Virus record (IMG/VR): IMGVR_UViG_3300012974_000540
Location: 1-64,000 of that record
Length of the DNA: 64,000 nucleotides
DNA from: a virus
Lineage: Duplodnaviria; Caudoviricetes
Strand: one strand, 5' to 3'
Positions 36,755 to 45,454 of the stretch are shown here, in pieces. The notes beneath the pieces were generated by a model. That model made no database searches. It saw nothing but the letters and a program-made list of their open reading frames with translations, and had not been told where the DNA came from. The position numbers were made by a program, and so were the translations under genes. Positions within the stretch are counted from its first letter, which is position 1. Every line of letters starts with the position of its first letter.

Positions 36755-36860
36755 CGTAGCTGATATGGTGTTAAATTCTTAAAATTCAATGCGTTGTTGG
36801 CATGGCTTCCGCCCAGGCCCCATCCCGCACCTTCACATCGATGTTGCATCCGATGTGATT
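36755..36860. promoter_or_regulatory. AT-rich divergent promoter region with a 26-bp spaced operator variant
   Basis: Minus-strand TTGAAT..CCATAT; TCACATCG-N10-CGATGTGA at 36833-36858. Confidence 0.5.
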
Positions 36861-36935
36861 TCCTCGCTACAGGTTCGCGGAGGAATTGAGGACTTCTCCC
36901 CTTTGCCCAGCCGCCGCAGCGCTCCCGCAGGCGAT

Positions 36936-37310
36936 GTGCCCGCCACATCCGCGCCAAAGCCGTCGCGCCGCGGCCCGCCCCCCGGCATGCCCGAGGCGAT
37001 GCTGGCGGTCTGGAACCGCTATGCGAGCGCGCAGGGGCTGGTGGCGGCCCGCGCCCTGACGCCCAAGCGCCGCACCGCGCTGCTGGCCCGCCTGCGCGAC
37101 ACCTTCGGCGGCGACCTGGCTGGCTGGGAGGGCTATTGCGAGCGGCTGGCGCGGAGCGGCTTCTGCTGCGGCGAGAACGACCGGGGCTGGCGGGCCGACC
37201 TCGACTTCGCCATCCGCCCGGACAGCGCCGTGCGCGCCCTGGAGGGCCGCTACGACAACCGCCAGACGCGCCAGCCAGTGCCGAAGCTGATGCAGCGCTG
37301 GGCCGTCTGA
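36936..37310 (+). CDS. phage replication protein (replisome-organiser C-terminal-like)
   Basis: F.CGENDRGWRADLDF.......LEGRY motif; start uncertain. Confidence 0.65.
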   Translation: MPATSAPKPSRRGPPPGMPEAMLAVWNRYASAQGLVAARALTPKRRTALLARLRDTFGGDLAGWEGYCERLARSGFCCGENDRGWRADLDFAIRPDSAVRALEGRYDNRQTRQPVPKLMQRWAV

Positions 37311-39067
37311 TGCCGCTTCCTGGCGATGTCCTGGACGAGCTGCGCGCGGTGGGCATCCACATGACGCGGCGCGATGTCGGACGGAACTTCAAACTGCTCT
37401 GCCCGCGCTGCAACGGCGGCAATGACCGCGAGAAGGCCCTCTCGGTGCTGCTCGACGCCGATGGCGGCGCGGTCTGGGAGTGCAAGCGCGGCAGCTGCGG
37501 CTGGAAGGGCAATGTCCCCGGCCGCTCGGCCGCGCAGGGCAAGGCCTCCTTCACGCCGCGCCCGAAGGCCTACGTCCGGCCGCCGGCGCCCGTGGCGCCC
37601 ATCAAGACCGATCCGCTCTACGAGTTCTTCGGCGCGCGCGGCATCAGCCGCGAGACCGTCGATGCCTTCGGCTGCTTCCTGACGAAGCGCGCCTTCCCCC
37701 AGCTCGACTGGAAGGAGGCCGGCGCCATCGCCTTCCCGTATATCTGGAAGGGCGAGTACGTGAATGCGAAGTTCCGCTCGCGCGAGAAGCACTTCATCCA
37801 GGAGAAGGGCGCCGAGCCGACCCTGTTCAACATCGACCGGATCGACCTCGACCGGGTGGTGTTCTGCGAGGGCGAGAGCGACGTGATGGCGGTCTTCGAG
37901 GCGGGCGAGCCCTCGGCCGTCTCCCTCGCCAACGGCGCGCCCGCGAAGCTGAAGGAGGAGGTCGATCCGAACGACCTCCGCTACCTGCCGCTCCACACCC
38001 ATGCCGAGCAGCTCGCCCAGGTGAAGTCGTTCGTGCTGGCCGGCGACATGGACGGGCCGGGCCGGAATCACTGCGAGGAGATCGCGCGCCGCCTCGGCAA
38101 GGAGAAGTGCCGCCTGGTGAAGTGGCCGGAGGACTGCAAGGACGCGAACGAGACCTTGCAGAAGCACGGCCGCCAGGCGGTGCTGGCCTGCCTGGACCAT
38201 GCCGCGCCCTATCCGATCAGCGGCCTCTGGAACCTCGGCGTGGACGACATCGCCGTCCTCGACAGCCCGACCTGGTCGCACACCGTCTCGACCGGCTCCA
38301 GGGTGCTCGACGCGCTGTTCCGCATCCCCGTCCAGGGGCGGCTGTTTGTCATCACCGGCGTGCCGAACGCCGGCAAGAGCACCTTCCTGAACTGGCTGGT
38401 GACGCAGCAGGCCCGGCTGCACGGCCGCAAGCTCGCCATCTTCTCGCCGGAGAGCGAGCCGTGGCAGCTCCATGGCAGCCAGCTCGCCGAGGTCTATAGC
38501 GGCAAGCCCTGGCGCGTGATGTCGCCGGACGAGAAGATCGACGCGGTCACCTTCGTCGGGCACCACTTCACGCACATCGCCCAGCCGCGCGAGGACCAGC
38601 TCCCCTCCATGGAGTGGTTGCTCGACCAGGTGCGCTTCTGCGTGCTGCGCGACGGCATCAACGGCGTCGTCATCGACCCCTGGAACGAGATCGAGCACGC
38701 CCGGCCGAACGGGCAGAGCATGACCGAATACGCGAACCTCGCCCTGCCCCGCCTGAAGCGGTTCTGCGCGGTCTATGGGATCAACGTCTTTCTGGTCGCG
38801 CATCCCCGCAAGTTGCAGAGCGACGAGATCCCGACCGGCTACGCCATCGCCGACACGGCCGCCTTCGCCAACAAGGCGGATTTCGGGATCTCGGTGTATC
38901 GCCCCGACCCGAATATTCCCGCGCGCATCGGCATCCTCACCTGGAAGATCCGGTTCAAGTCCCATGGCAGCAAGGGGGCGTGCTGGATGATGTGGGACCG
39001 CGCGAGCGACCGTTTTCACGACTGCGACGAGCAGCCCGACAACTGGCCGCAGCCGGTGCCGGCATGA
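37310..39067 (+). CDS. T7 gp4/Twinkle-like primase-helicase
   Basis: CPRC..C...C zinc finger; TOPRIM CEGESD, D.DGPG, KDANE; Walker A GVPNAGKS; IDPWNE; VAHPRK. Confidence 0.92.
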   Translation: MPLPGDVLDELRAVGIHMTRRDVGRNFKLLCPRCNGGNDREKALSVLLDADGGAVWECKRGSCGWKGNVPGRSAAQGKASFTPRPKAYVRPPAPVAPIKTDPLYEFFGARGISRETVDAFGCFLTKRAFPQLDWKEAGAIAFPYIWKGEYVNAKFRSREKHFIQEKGAEPTLFNIDRIDLDRVVFCEGESDVMAVFEAGEPSAVSLANGAPAKLKEEVDPNDLRYLPLHTHAEQLAQVKSFVLAGDMDGPGRNHCEEIARRLGKEKCRLVKWPEDCKDANETLQKHGRQAVLACLDHAAPYPISGLWNLGVDDIAVLDSPTWSHTVSTGSRVLDALFRIPVQGRLFVITGVPNAGKSTFLNWLVTQQARLHGRKLAIFSPESEPWQLHGSQLAEVYSGKPWRVMSPDEKIDAVTFVGHHFTHIAQPREDQLPSMEWLLDQVRFCVLRDGINGVVIDPWNEIEHARPNGQSMTEYANLALPRLKRFCAVYGINVFLVAHPRKLQSDEIPTGYAIADTAAFANKADFGISVYRPDPNIPARIGILTWKIRFKSHGSKGACWMMWDRASDRFHDCDEQPDNWPQPVPA

Positions 39068-39191
39068 CCCCCTTCCAGGAGCGCGCCGCGTGCCCTGCCT
39101 CCACCGCAGCCTCCGCCACCGCCGCCGTCCCCATGCCGGGGAGCGGGAGCCGGGCCGTGCCCGTGCCGCCGCCGCCGGGAGGGGTGCCACA

Positions 39192-39476
39192 GTGACGGCG
39201 CTGTTTCCGGAGCGCCCGGCCCGCCGCGGCCCGGCGCCGGCCGGCGAGTTCGGGGCCGAGCTGCAGGCGGTGGGCGCCCAGCTCGCGGTCGCCCTCACCC
39301 GCTCCCCCTTGCTGCCGCGCGACGTGGCGCGGCGCGCCAATGTCTCGATGCCCCGGCTGGAGGCGATCCTCGCCGGCCAGTGCGAGGACGTGACCGTGAC
39401 CGAGGTCGCGGCCCTGGCCGCTGCCTGCGGCATGCGGATGTCGGTCCGCTTCGAGCCGACCCGGCAGCCCTTCTGA
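39192..39476 (+). CDS. XRE-type HTH protein
   Basis: RDVARRANVSMPRLEAILAG. Confidence 0.6.
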   Translation: MTALFPERPARRGPAPAGEFGAELQAVGAQLAVALTRSPLLPRDVARRANVSMPRLEAILAGQCEDVTVTEVAALAAACGMRMSVRFEPTRQPF

Positions 39477-39486
39477 GGACCCCCTT

Positions 39487-40053
39487 ATGGACGCCCTGAC
39501 CGCCATCCTCACCCGCAATGACTCCGGCGGGCCCTACGACGCCACGGTGATGCCGCTCAGCATGGAGCGGGCGCTGCTCGGCCTGGTCGGCGACGCCGCC
39601 CGGCTGACGGAGCGGCTGCGGCGCGCCCGCTTCGAGGGGCGTCCTATTGACTGGGTCTTCGCCGACCAGCGCGCGGCCGAGATGCTGCGCTGCCTGGCGC
39701 TCTACGCCCGTGCCCGGGGCAAGGATCTCACCTTCCTCCAGGACATCCTGCTGCGGCAGCTGGGCGAGGTGCTTCCGCCGCCCCCGCCCCCGCCGCCACC
39801 GCCGCCGCCCGCCCAGCCGGCCCTGCCCATCGCCCTGCCGGCGCGGCGGGCGAGCACGCGCCGCCTCGGCAACCCGGGCGAGCGGAACGGCTCGGCCAAG
39901 CTGACCTGGGCGAAGGTCGCCAAGATCCGCGCCAGCAAGGAGGCGGGCGGCAAGGCCCGCGCCATGGCCGAGGAATGGGGCGTCAGCCTCGCCACCATCC
40001 ACGCGATCCTGGGCGGCCGCGCCTGGGCCGAGAAGGATTCACCCCGCGCATGA
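39487..40053 (+). CDS. hypothetical protein with poly-Pro linker and C-terminal HTH
   Basis: GERNGSAKLT...IR...A.EWGVS.ATI..I..G..W. Confidence 0.6.
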   Translation: MDALTAILTRNDSGGPYDATVMPLSMERALLGLVGDAARLTERLRRARFEGRPIDWVFADQRAAEMLRCLALYARARGKDLTFLQDILLRQLGEVLPPPPPPPPPPPPAQPALPIALPARRASTRRLGNPGERNGSAKLTWAKVAKIRASKEAGGKARAMAEEWGVSLATIHAILGGRAWAEKDSPRA

Positions 40054-40310
40054 ACGACACTGAGATCCAGGCCGAGGTGGGCGGCGTCGCCGCCGACCGT
40101 CTCCGCTCCATCATCGAGCGCGTCGAGCGCCTGGAGGAGGAGCGCAAGGCGCTCGCCGACGACATCAAGGACATCTTCACCGAGGCGAAGTCGGCCGGCT
40201 TCGAGGCGAAGGTGATCCGCCAGATCATCCGCCAGCGGAAGCAGGAGCCCGCCGAGGTGGAGGAGCAGGAGACCCTGCTCGACCTCTACCGCCGCGCCCT
40301 GGGGATGTGA
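40050..40310 (+). CDS. gapR: GapR (DUF2312) nucleoid-associated protein
   Basis: AADRLRSIIERVERLEEERKALADDIKDIFTEAKSAGF...LLDLYRRALGM. Confidence 0.92.
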   Translation: MNDTEIQAEVGGVAADRLRSIIERVERLEEERKALADDIKDIFTEAKSAGFEAKVIRQIIRQRKQEPAEVEEQETLLDLYRRALGM

Positions 40311-40311
40311 G

Positions 40312-40485
40312 ATGGGGCGTCGTCGTGCGAGCGGCATGAAAGACCCCTTCGCGGAGGGCTGGGACGCCTGCTGCGAAGGGGCCGGGCTGGAATCATGCCC
40401 CTACCCGGTGGCGAGCGGAGATGCCGCCCTCTGGATGGATGGCTGGCACGAGGCCGTGCATGAGAGGTTGTGCCAGGCGGCATGA
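40312..40485 (+). CDS. Rmf/CrpP-fold small protein (57 aa, below the ORF-track cut-off)
   Basis: EGWDA...G....CPY.......W.DGW. Confidence 0.6.
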   Translation: MGRRRASGMKDPFAEGWDACCEGAGLESCPYPVASGDAALWMDGWHEAVHERLCQAA

Positions 40486-40720
40486 TCGCGGCATCCGGGC
40501 CGGCCGCCTCCGTGTGGCTGGTCCGGCGGGGGTCCGGCGCTGGGCCGGTTGTGGGCCTCCTGCTGCGGGAGATCCCGCCCGGCCAGGAGGCGCTCTGCCT
40601 GCGGCGGCAGGAGGGGCTGGAGCGGCATCCGCTCGACTGGGTGGCCCGCGAGGTGCATCTGCAATGCGGCGCCGCGCTCGACGGCCTGCTGGGCTTTCTG
40701 CCGACGCCCCTCGATGTCGG

Positions 40721-41182
40721 CTAAAAGACGATGATGGGATTCCCGGTGAGGGGCACCTGCAGCATCCGCAGCAGGTCGGCGTATTCCGTCACCGACCGCA
40801 CCACGGCGTAGCGGTGGCCGAAGGCTTCGACGGCGGCCTGGAACTGCTTCTGCTCGCGGCTCTGGTAGGTGCGCTCGGTGAGCAGGCCCTGCGGTAGCTT
40901 GACCTCGACGAATGCGACGGCGCCGTGGGTGACCAGGATCAGGTCGCTGGCGCCCGGCAGCACGCCGGCATCGAGGAGGCGGGCGGCCTCGGCCCTGGCC
41001 CTGCGGCCGCCGTTCGGCACCGCGAAGAGCAGGGCGCGCGGGTCGGCGAAGCGGCGGTGGAACTCGACCAGCGAGGTTTGCAGGTCGTCCTCGGCGTGAC
41101 GCGGCGCCCGCCGGCGGCCCAGGATCGTGGAATGTTCGGCCAAGCCCCCTCGCGGCTTCACATCGCCCTTGCCGAGCTTCAC
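40721..41182 (-). CDS. VRR-NUC domain nuclease
   Basis: E..LQ, FAVPNGG.R, GV.PG.SDL, FVEVK, Q..FQ and VVRS motifs. Confidence 0.85.
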   Translation of the reverse strand: MKLGKGDVKPRGGLAEHSTILGRRRAPRHAEDDLQTSLVEFHRRFADPRALLFAVPNGGRRARAEAARLLDAGVLPGASDLILVTHGAVAFVEVKLPQGLLTERTYQSREQKQFQAAVEAFGHRYAVVRSVTEYADLLRMLQVPLTGNPIIVF

Positions 41183-41415
41183 ACGGAGCGGCTACCGATG
41201 TGAAGAGACGCAGCTTCCGCGATCGGCAGCAAGGCTCGTTCCAATCGGCGCACCGTGGCGAGGGATGGATTCCAATCCGGATCTTCCATGTGACGCAGCG
41301 TGTTGGCGTGGACACACGCCTTCTCGGCGAGGACGCATTTCCGGAGCCCTGCGCTCCGGAAGGCCAGGCGGATCTCGGAAAGGACGGCGTCGATGCGGGG
41401 CGTGGAACTCTGCAT
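41179..41415 (-). CDS. Cro-like HTH regulator
   Basis: LAEKACVHANTLRHM...WNPSLATVRRLE; divergent from the cI-like gene. Confidence 0.7.
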   Translation of the reverse strand: MQSSTPRIDAVLSEIRLAFRSAGLRKCVLAEKACVHANTLRHMEDPDWNPSLATVRRLERALLPIAEAASLHIGSRSV

Positions 41416-41445
41416 GACGATGTGACCTATCACATCGTCATGTGA
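41410..41445. promoter_or_regulatory. two operators in the cro/cI switch
   Basis: CTGCATGACGATGTGA (41410-41425) and TCACATCGTCATGTGA (41430-41445). Confidence 0.75.
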
Positions 41446-41472
41446 CGCGGAACAAGACCAGGGGGTCGTTGA

Positions 41473-42351
41473 GTGATGGTAGTGAAGGCGTCGCAGCCTG
41501 CCAGGAAGAATCCTTCCGTGGGGGCGCGCGCGGAGGCGAAGCCTGTGGTCGTGCAGGTGAGCGCGGCCGAGGCGCGGCTGAGTGATTACCTCTCCGACGA
41601 AGAGGTGGAGCGCGACCGGCAGGGGATGCGCGACACGATGAAGCGCCTCGACCTGGTGCCGAACACCTGGGCGCGGGCAGCCGGGTTCCGCAACGCCAAT
41701 GCCCTCTACAACTGGTTGTCGGGCCGCACCCGGAGCCTGAGCCTGGATGTGCGGGAGCGGCTGGCGGCGGTGCTGCCCGGCGAGACGGCCTGGAGCATCA
41801 TCGGGCGGAAGCCGCCGCGGGCGCGGAAGAACGCGGTCGATGCGGTGATGCGGCAGGTGCCGATCCGCACGGCGGCGCGGGCCAGCCTCTGGCGGCGCGT
41901 CTATGAGCTGCCGAAGCGGGAGCGGGGCAGCATCCTCGCCGTCGCGATGCCCGACAACGACATGGATATCGCCGTCCGCATCGACGACGACAGCATCAAC
42001 GAGCTTTATTCCGCCGGCTCCTATGCCCTGGTGCATAGCCTCCGGCCCCAGGATCGGCTGCGGAACGGCGATGTCGTGCTGGTGGAGCGGCGCCGTGTGC
42101 GCGCCGAGGCCGAGACGGTCGAGATCACGCTGCGCCAGGTCGTGGTGACGAAGCAAGGGGCCGTGCTGCGCTGGCGCAGCCTGAATCCGGACTTCCAGGG
42201 GGACGTGCCCATGCCCTGGCCTTACGAGGGGGGGAAGCCCTTCACCAACCTGCAGGAGCCGAAATTCGCGATCCACAAGCGGTCGGTCTATCGGATCACC
42301 GGCGTGGTGGTCACCGTGCAGACCATGGCGCGGCGCATCTTGAACGGCTGA
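41473..42351 (+). CDS. CI-like repressor (HTH plus S24/LexA-like C-terminal domain)
   Basis: WARAAGF.NANALYNWLSGRTRSLS; RIDDDSINELY..GS, GDVVLV, E.TLR and SLNPDFQ motifs. Confidence 0.75.
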   Translation: MMVVKASQPARKNPSVGARAEAKPVVVQVSAAEARLSDYLSDEEVERDRQGMRDTMKRLDLVPNTWARAAGFRNANALYNWLSGRTRSLSLDVRERLAAVLPGETAWSIIGRKPPRARKNAVDAVMRQVPIRTAARASLWRRVYELPKRERGSILAVAMPDNDMDIAVRIDDDSINELYSAGSYALVHSLRPQDRLRNGDVVLVERRRVRAEAETVEITLRQVVVTKQGAVLRWRSLNPDFQGDVPMPWPYEGGKPFTNLQEPKFAIHKRSVYRITGVVVTVQTMARRILNG

Positions 42352-42389
42352 CAAACCCTCTGGATTGACCCGCCTGGGCGGTGTTTTTA

Positions 42390-42430
42390 TTGACTTTCCA
42401 CCTTCACATCACATAGCTGTGTGATGTGAA
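42390..42430 (+). promoter_or_regulatory. promoter (-35 TTGACT) with a 26-bp palindromic operator variant
   Basis: TTCACATCAC-ATAGCTGT-GTGATGTGAA. Confidence 0.6.
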
Positions 42431-42446
42431 GAATGGGTGGTGCCGC

Positions 42447-43082
42447 ATGGCTCGGAAGCGTCGCTACGTGAAGTCGAGGACGATGACGCTGGTGCGGGAC
42501 AAGCAGAGCGGCATCCTTGTCGCCCACGCCGGCAGCGACTACGGCGCCCAGCACGAGGTGCGCCGTGCCCGTGGGGAAATCGAGATCCGCGACCGTGAGG
42601 TGACGAATTCCGGCGTGCTCGTCGCGCGCGGCGCCTATGTCGTGGCGCCGGGTGCGGTCGAGCGCCTCGCCCGCGACGGCCTGCTCTGCGATCCGCGCGA
42701 CACAGCGGCGAACCGGGCCGCCGAGACGCGGCGGCGCCTGATGGCGGCCGAGACGTTCCGCGTCAGCGCCGAGATCGCCCAGGTGCGCCCGCGCATGGTG
42801 GCCCGCTACGACTCATGCATGTTCAGCGGCGCCATGGCGGTGATTCCCGACGTCATGGCGCATGCCCGCTCCCGCCTGAACCGCTATGTGCCGGTCATGG
42901 GCTGGTGCCGCTTCCTGACGCTGCTGAACGCGGTGGTCTTCGAGTGCGCGACCACGCCGCGCGAGGACCGCATCATCGCCGAGGCGCTGCGGCTCCTGGC
43001 CGACCACCTGGACGCAAAAAACCCCCGAGGTGATACCTCGGGGGCGGGGCACTCAGCCGAGCAGCGGATGCAGGCAGCCTAG
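42447..43082 (+). CDS. putative phage transcriptional regulator (DUF6456-like)
   Basis: VERLARDGLL...AAETFR...ALRLLADHL. Confidence 0.45.
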   Translation: MARKRRYVKSRTMTLVRDKQSGILVAHAGSDYGAQHEVRRARGEIEIRDREVTNSGVLVARGAYVVAPGAVERLARDGLLCDPRDTAANRAAETRRRLMAAETFRVSAEIAQVRPRMVARYDSCMFSGAMAVIPDVMAHARSRLNRYVPVMGWCRFLTLLNAVVFECATTPREDRIIAEALRLLADHLDAKNPRGDTSGAGHSAEQRMQAA

Positions 43083-43439
43083 CTGCGACAGCGACTGGAG
43101 GTCGCGCAGGACGGTCTGTCCGAGCGCGACGGCGAAGGGGGTCACGTCGGCCTCGATGATGTCCAGCAGGCACTGGAGCTTCATCACCAGCTCGCGGCCG
43201 TTCTGCGCGGCGGCCGCGGCCATCTCCCAGTCGAGCACGGTGAGGTCGGCCATGATCTGCTTGGCCTCGGGGCTCTCGGGGTCGAGGTCGCCCCAGGCGA
43301 GGCGCATCTCATTGCCGCGGCGGAGCAGGTCGGGGATGGAATCCGGCACGACGGGCAGGCGGCTCAGGGGGGCGACATCCGGGAAGGTGACGCTGGAGGG
43401 CAGGGAGGTCGTAGGCACCGCGGGCAGAGTGGGGGTCAT
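43053..43439 (-). CDS. hypothetical protein
   Basis: GGAGAGG RBS; helical. Confidence 0.55.
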   Translation of the reverse strand: MTPTLPAVPTTSLPSSVTFPDVAPLSRLPVVPDSIPDLLRRGNEMRLAWGDLDPESPEAKQIMADLTVLDWEMAAAAAQNGRELVMKLQCLLDIIEADVTPFAVALGQTVLRDLQSLSQLGCLHPLLG

Positions 43440-43587
43440 GGACCTCTCCAGGGGGACGGAGTTTCGGAACAATCCGCGAACTCACGTTGCGGCGCCGTGG
43501 TGAAATTGCCTCGAAGGGGTTGATCACGCAAGCGTGAAATTCAACCGACCCGAAATGTGCCTTGGAAAAGAGCCAGCCCGAGTCTGT

Positions 43588-43635
43588 AAACACAGAAACG
43601 CCCACCAGCCTCGGGGAGAGGCTGATGGGCGTTTC
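43588..43635 (-). terminator. long hairpin, probable terminator of the second array block
   Basis: GAAACGCCCAUCAGCC..GGCUGGUGGGCGUUUC-UGUGUUU; the G-U pair favours the minus strand. Confidence 0.55.
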
Positions 43636-44081
43636 GTCGTTCAGTCGTCGGGGAGGGTTTAGGCTTAGAAGGCATGAAGCCTCCTGTGTTCGGGCAGGGG
43701 TGCGGGGCCCTGGCCTACTCGGGGCCTGCTCCTGGCGCTCGTGGGGTCCGCGAGCACCGGGAATCTCTATTGATGTCTTCCCTCCGGAAGTCGGGCCGTT
43801 GTCCAGGCGGCGGTCGTCTAGTCCAGCTCGTCGGGTGCCAGGCGACGTGACGGGATCTGGCAGTGCGGCGTGTGTGGGCCGATGCCGGGCATCCCAGCGT
43901 CGGCACACCTCCCAAGGACTCCAGATGGGACGCCCTGGACGGGGCGGCCACCTTCGCTCGACCCTGCGGGGATTGCTTGATCGGGGTTAGGGGAACTGGT
44001 TGGCGGCGGTGTGCCGGTGACAGATATATGGCGACGCCAGCGCTGTTTTTCAACGCGGGCGTTTCGTTTCTTCTCAGGCCA

Positions 44082-44552
44082 TTACAGGGAAATCGGCGAA
44101 TAGAAGCCGAGCCGGGCGGCGTGCGCATCGAAGGGCCGGCAGCCGGTCTTGATCCATTGGATGATGTGCTGGAGGTCGGTGCCCATCGGGAAGCCCAGGA
44201 AGGCTTCCTCGGTGAGGCCGTCGCCGCCCAGCTCGATCTCCTGCAGCGCATCCCAGACGCGGATCGCTTCCGGGAGGCCGAAGGGGCCGTGGCACCACTC
44301 GTCGGGCACCAGCTGGTGCTCGCGCCAGAAGGCGCCGGTCTCATCCTGCACGACCTGCTGCCCGTCGATCCGCAGGGGCGTCGGGGTGTTCCCGGCGCTG
44401 TAGGGGTGGCCATCCGTGTGCGTGTCGATCTGCGGGATGCGCCCATGATCCGTCACCAAGAAGGTGGCTTTGCTCACGGGCGCGCATTGGTGGGCCACGA
44501 GGACCAGGCCCGAGATCAGATCGCCGGTCGGCGAGCGCAGAAGGGTGTTCAT
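44082..44552 (-). CDS. hypothetical protein
   Basis: Start after ribozyme 25; EE.FL.FP.GT....I..W. Confidence 0.65.
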   Translation of the reverse strand: MNTLLRSPTGDLISGLVLVAHQCAPVSKATFLVTDHGRIPQIDTHTDGHPYSAGNTPTPLRIDGQQVVQDETGAFWREHQLVPDEWCHGPFGLPEAIRVWDALQEIELGGDGLTEEAFLGFPMGTDLQHIIQWIKTGCRPFDAHAARLGFYSPISL

Positions 44553-44558
44553 GGGTCT

Positions 44559-44610
44559 GCTTTCTTCAAGCCGGCGGGAATGCCGGCAATCCCGGAACGG
44601 GATTTCTAGC
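44559..44610 (-). ncRNA. hammerhead 25 (UUGAAGA, AUU site, covaried stem III)
   Basis: GAAA UCCCG-UUC-CGGGA UU GCCGGC AUUCCC GCCGGC UUGAAGA. Confidence 0.75.
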
Positions 44611-44980
44611 TCTGCACCAGCGCGGTGACGGCGATCACGCGCTGGCGCTGGTCCTTCACGGGGGCGAATTGCGGCCCCGATCCGGGAAATACCACGTCCG
44701 GCCGGCTCATGCCCCGCTGGCGGAGCAGCAGGGCGGTGATCTGGGAGACGATGTGGAAGGTCCCGGCGCGCGGTGGCGGCAGGCCGACCACGTCGCCGTA
44801 GATCGGTGGCGGCTCGATCCGCACGCCGTCCGCCTCGGCCGGCTGGCCGCAGGGGTGGACGACGACGCGCGCCACGGTGCCGCTCGGGGGCACCATGCGC
44901 ATGCCGGTGGGGGTGGCGAGCATGACCGGATGTGGGGTGAGATTCACGAACCGCTCGCAGGCGGTCGCTGGTGTCGGCAA
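44606..44980 (-). CDS. conserved phage hypothetical protein (NLTPH family)
   Basis: VNLTPH, PPSG.VARV, GLP.P and IVS motifs. Confidence 0.72.
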   Translation of the reverse strand: MPTPATACERFVNLTPHPVMLATPTGMRMVPPSGTVARVVVHPCGQPAEADGVRIEPPPIYGDVVGLPPPRAGTFHIVSQITALLLRQRGMSRPDVVFPGSGPQFAPVKDQRQRVIAVTALVQS

Positions 44981-44987
44981 AGGTCGG

Positions 44988-45037
44988 TTCCTCTTCATGC
45001 CGGCGGGATGGCCGGCGACCGCCAGGTGGCGGTTTCG
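44988..45037 (-). ncRNA. hammerhead-like 26 (AUGAAGA)
   Basis: Same architecture. Confidence 0.75.
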
Positions 45038-45042
45038 TTTTA

Positions 45043-45354
45043 CTACCACTCGAAGGTGGGCAGTCCTTCCACATCCTCGCCGTCGCCATGCAGGTTGATC
45101 CACCAGCAATCGTGCTGGCGGGCCAGCCGCATGATCCCGAGGAAGGCGTCCGACATGCCGCGCTGGCGCAGCTCGGCGTCGGTTTCGCGGGCGCTGTCGC
45201 TCGGGCAGTTGATGAACCACCCGATCTCGTGGTGGATCACCCGCACCGGGAAGTCATGGCTCTCCCGGTCGAGGGCCTGGAGGCGGTCGTTGTCGGCCTT
45301 CGGGATGTGGCCGGTGGAGATGTTCAGGAAGTGACGAATGGCGTCGTCGGCCAT
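45043..45354 (-). CDS. DUF5983-like protein
   Basis: L.ISTGHI...D, GWFI and A....C.WI...DG.....LPTFEW motifs. Confidence 0.7.
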   Translation of the reverse strand: MADDAIRHFLNISTGHIPKADNDRLQALDRESHDFPVRVIHHEIGWFINCPSDSARETDAELRQRGMSDAFLGIMRLARQHDCWWINLHGDGEDVEGLPTFEW

Positions 45355-45359
45355 GGTTT

Positions 45360-45405
45360 GTCTCCTCATGCCCGCGGGGTGCGGGCGACCGCGAGCGCGG
45401 TTTCG
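45360..45405 (-). ncRNA. hammerhead-like 27 (AUGAGGA)
   Basis: Same architecture. Confidence 0.75.
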
Positions 45406-45454
45406 TGGATGTGGAAAAGGCCCCCCTGCGCGCGGGGCGACAGGGAGGCCTTGG

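Noticed and set aside
36770-36785. CtrA box
   Set aside because: The TTAA half-sites are 4 bp apart, not 7.
43671-43730. HDV-like ribozyme (GGCAUG..AGCCUCCU resemblance)
   Set aside because: No P1/P2 pairing partners could be found.
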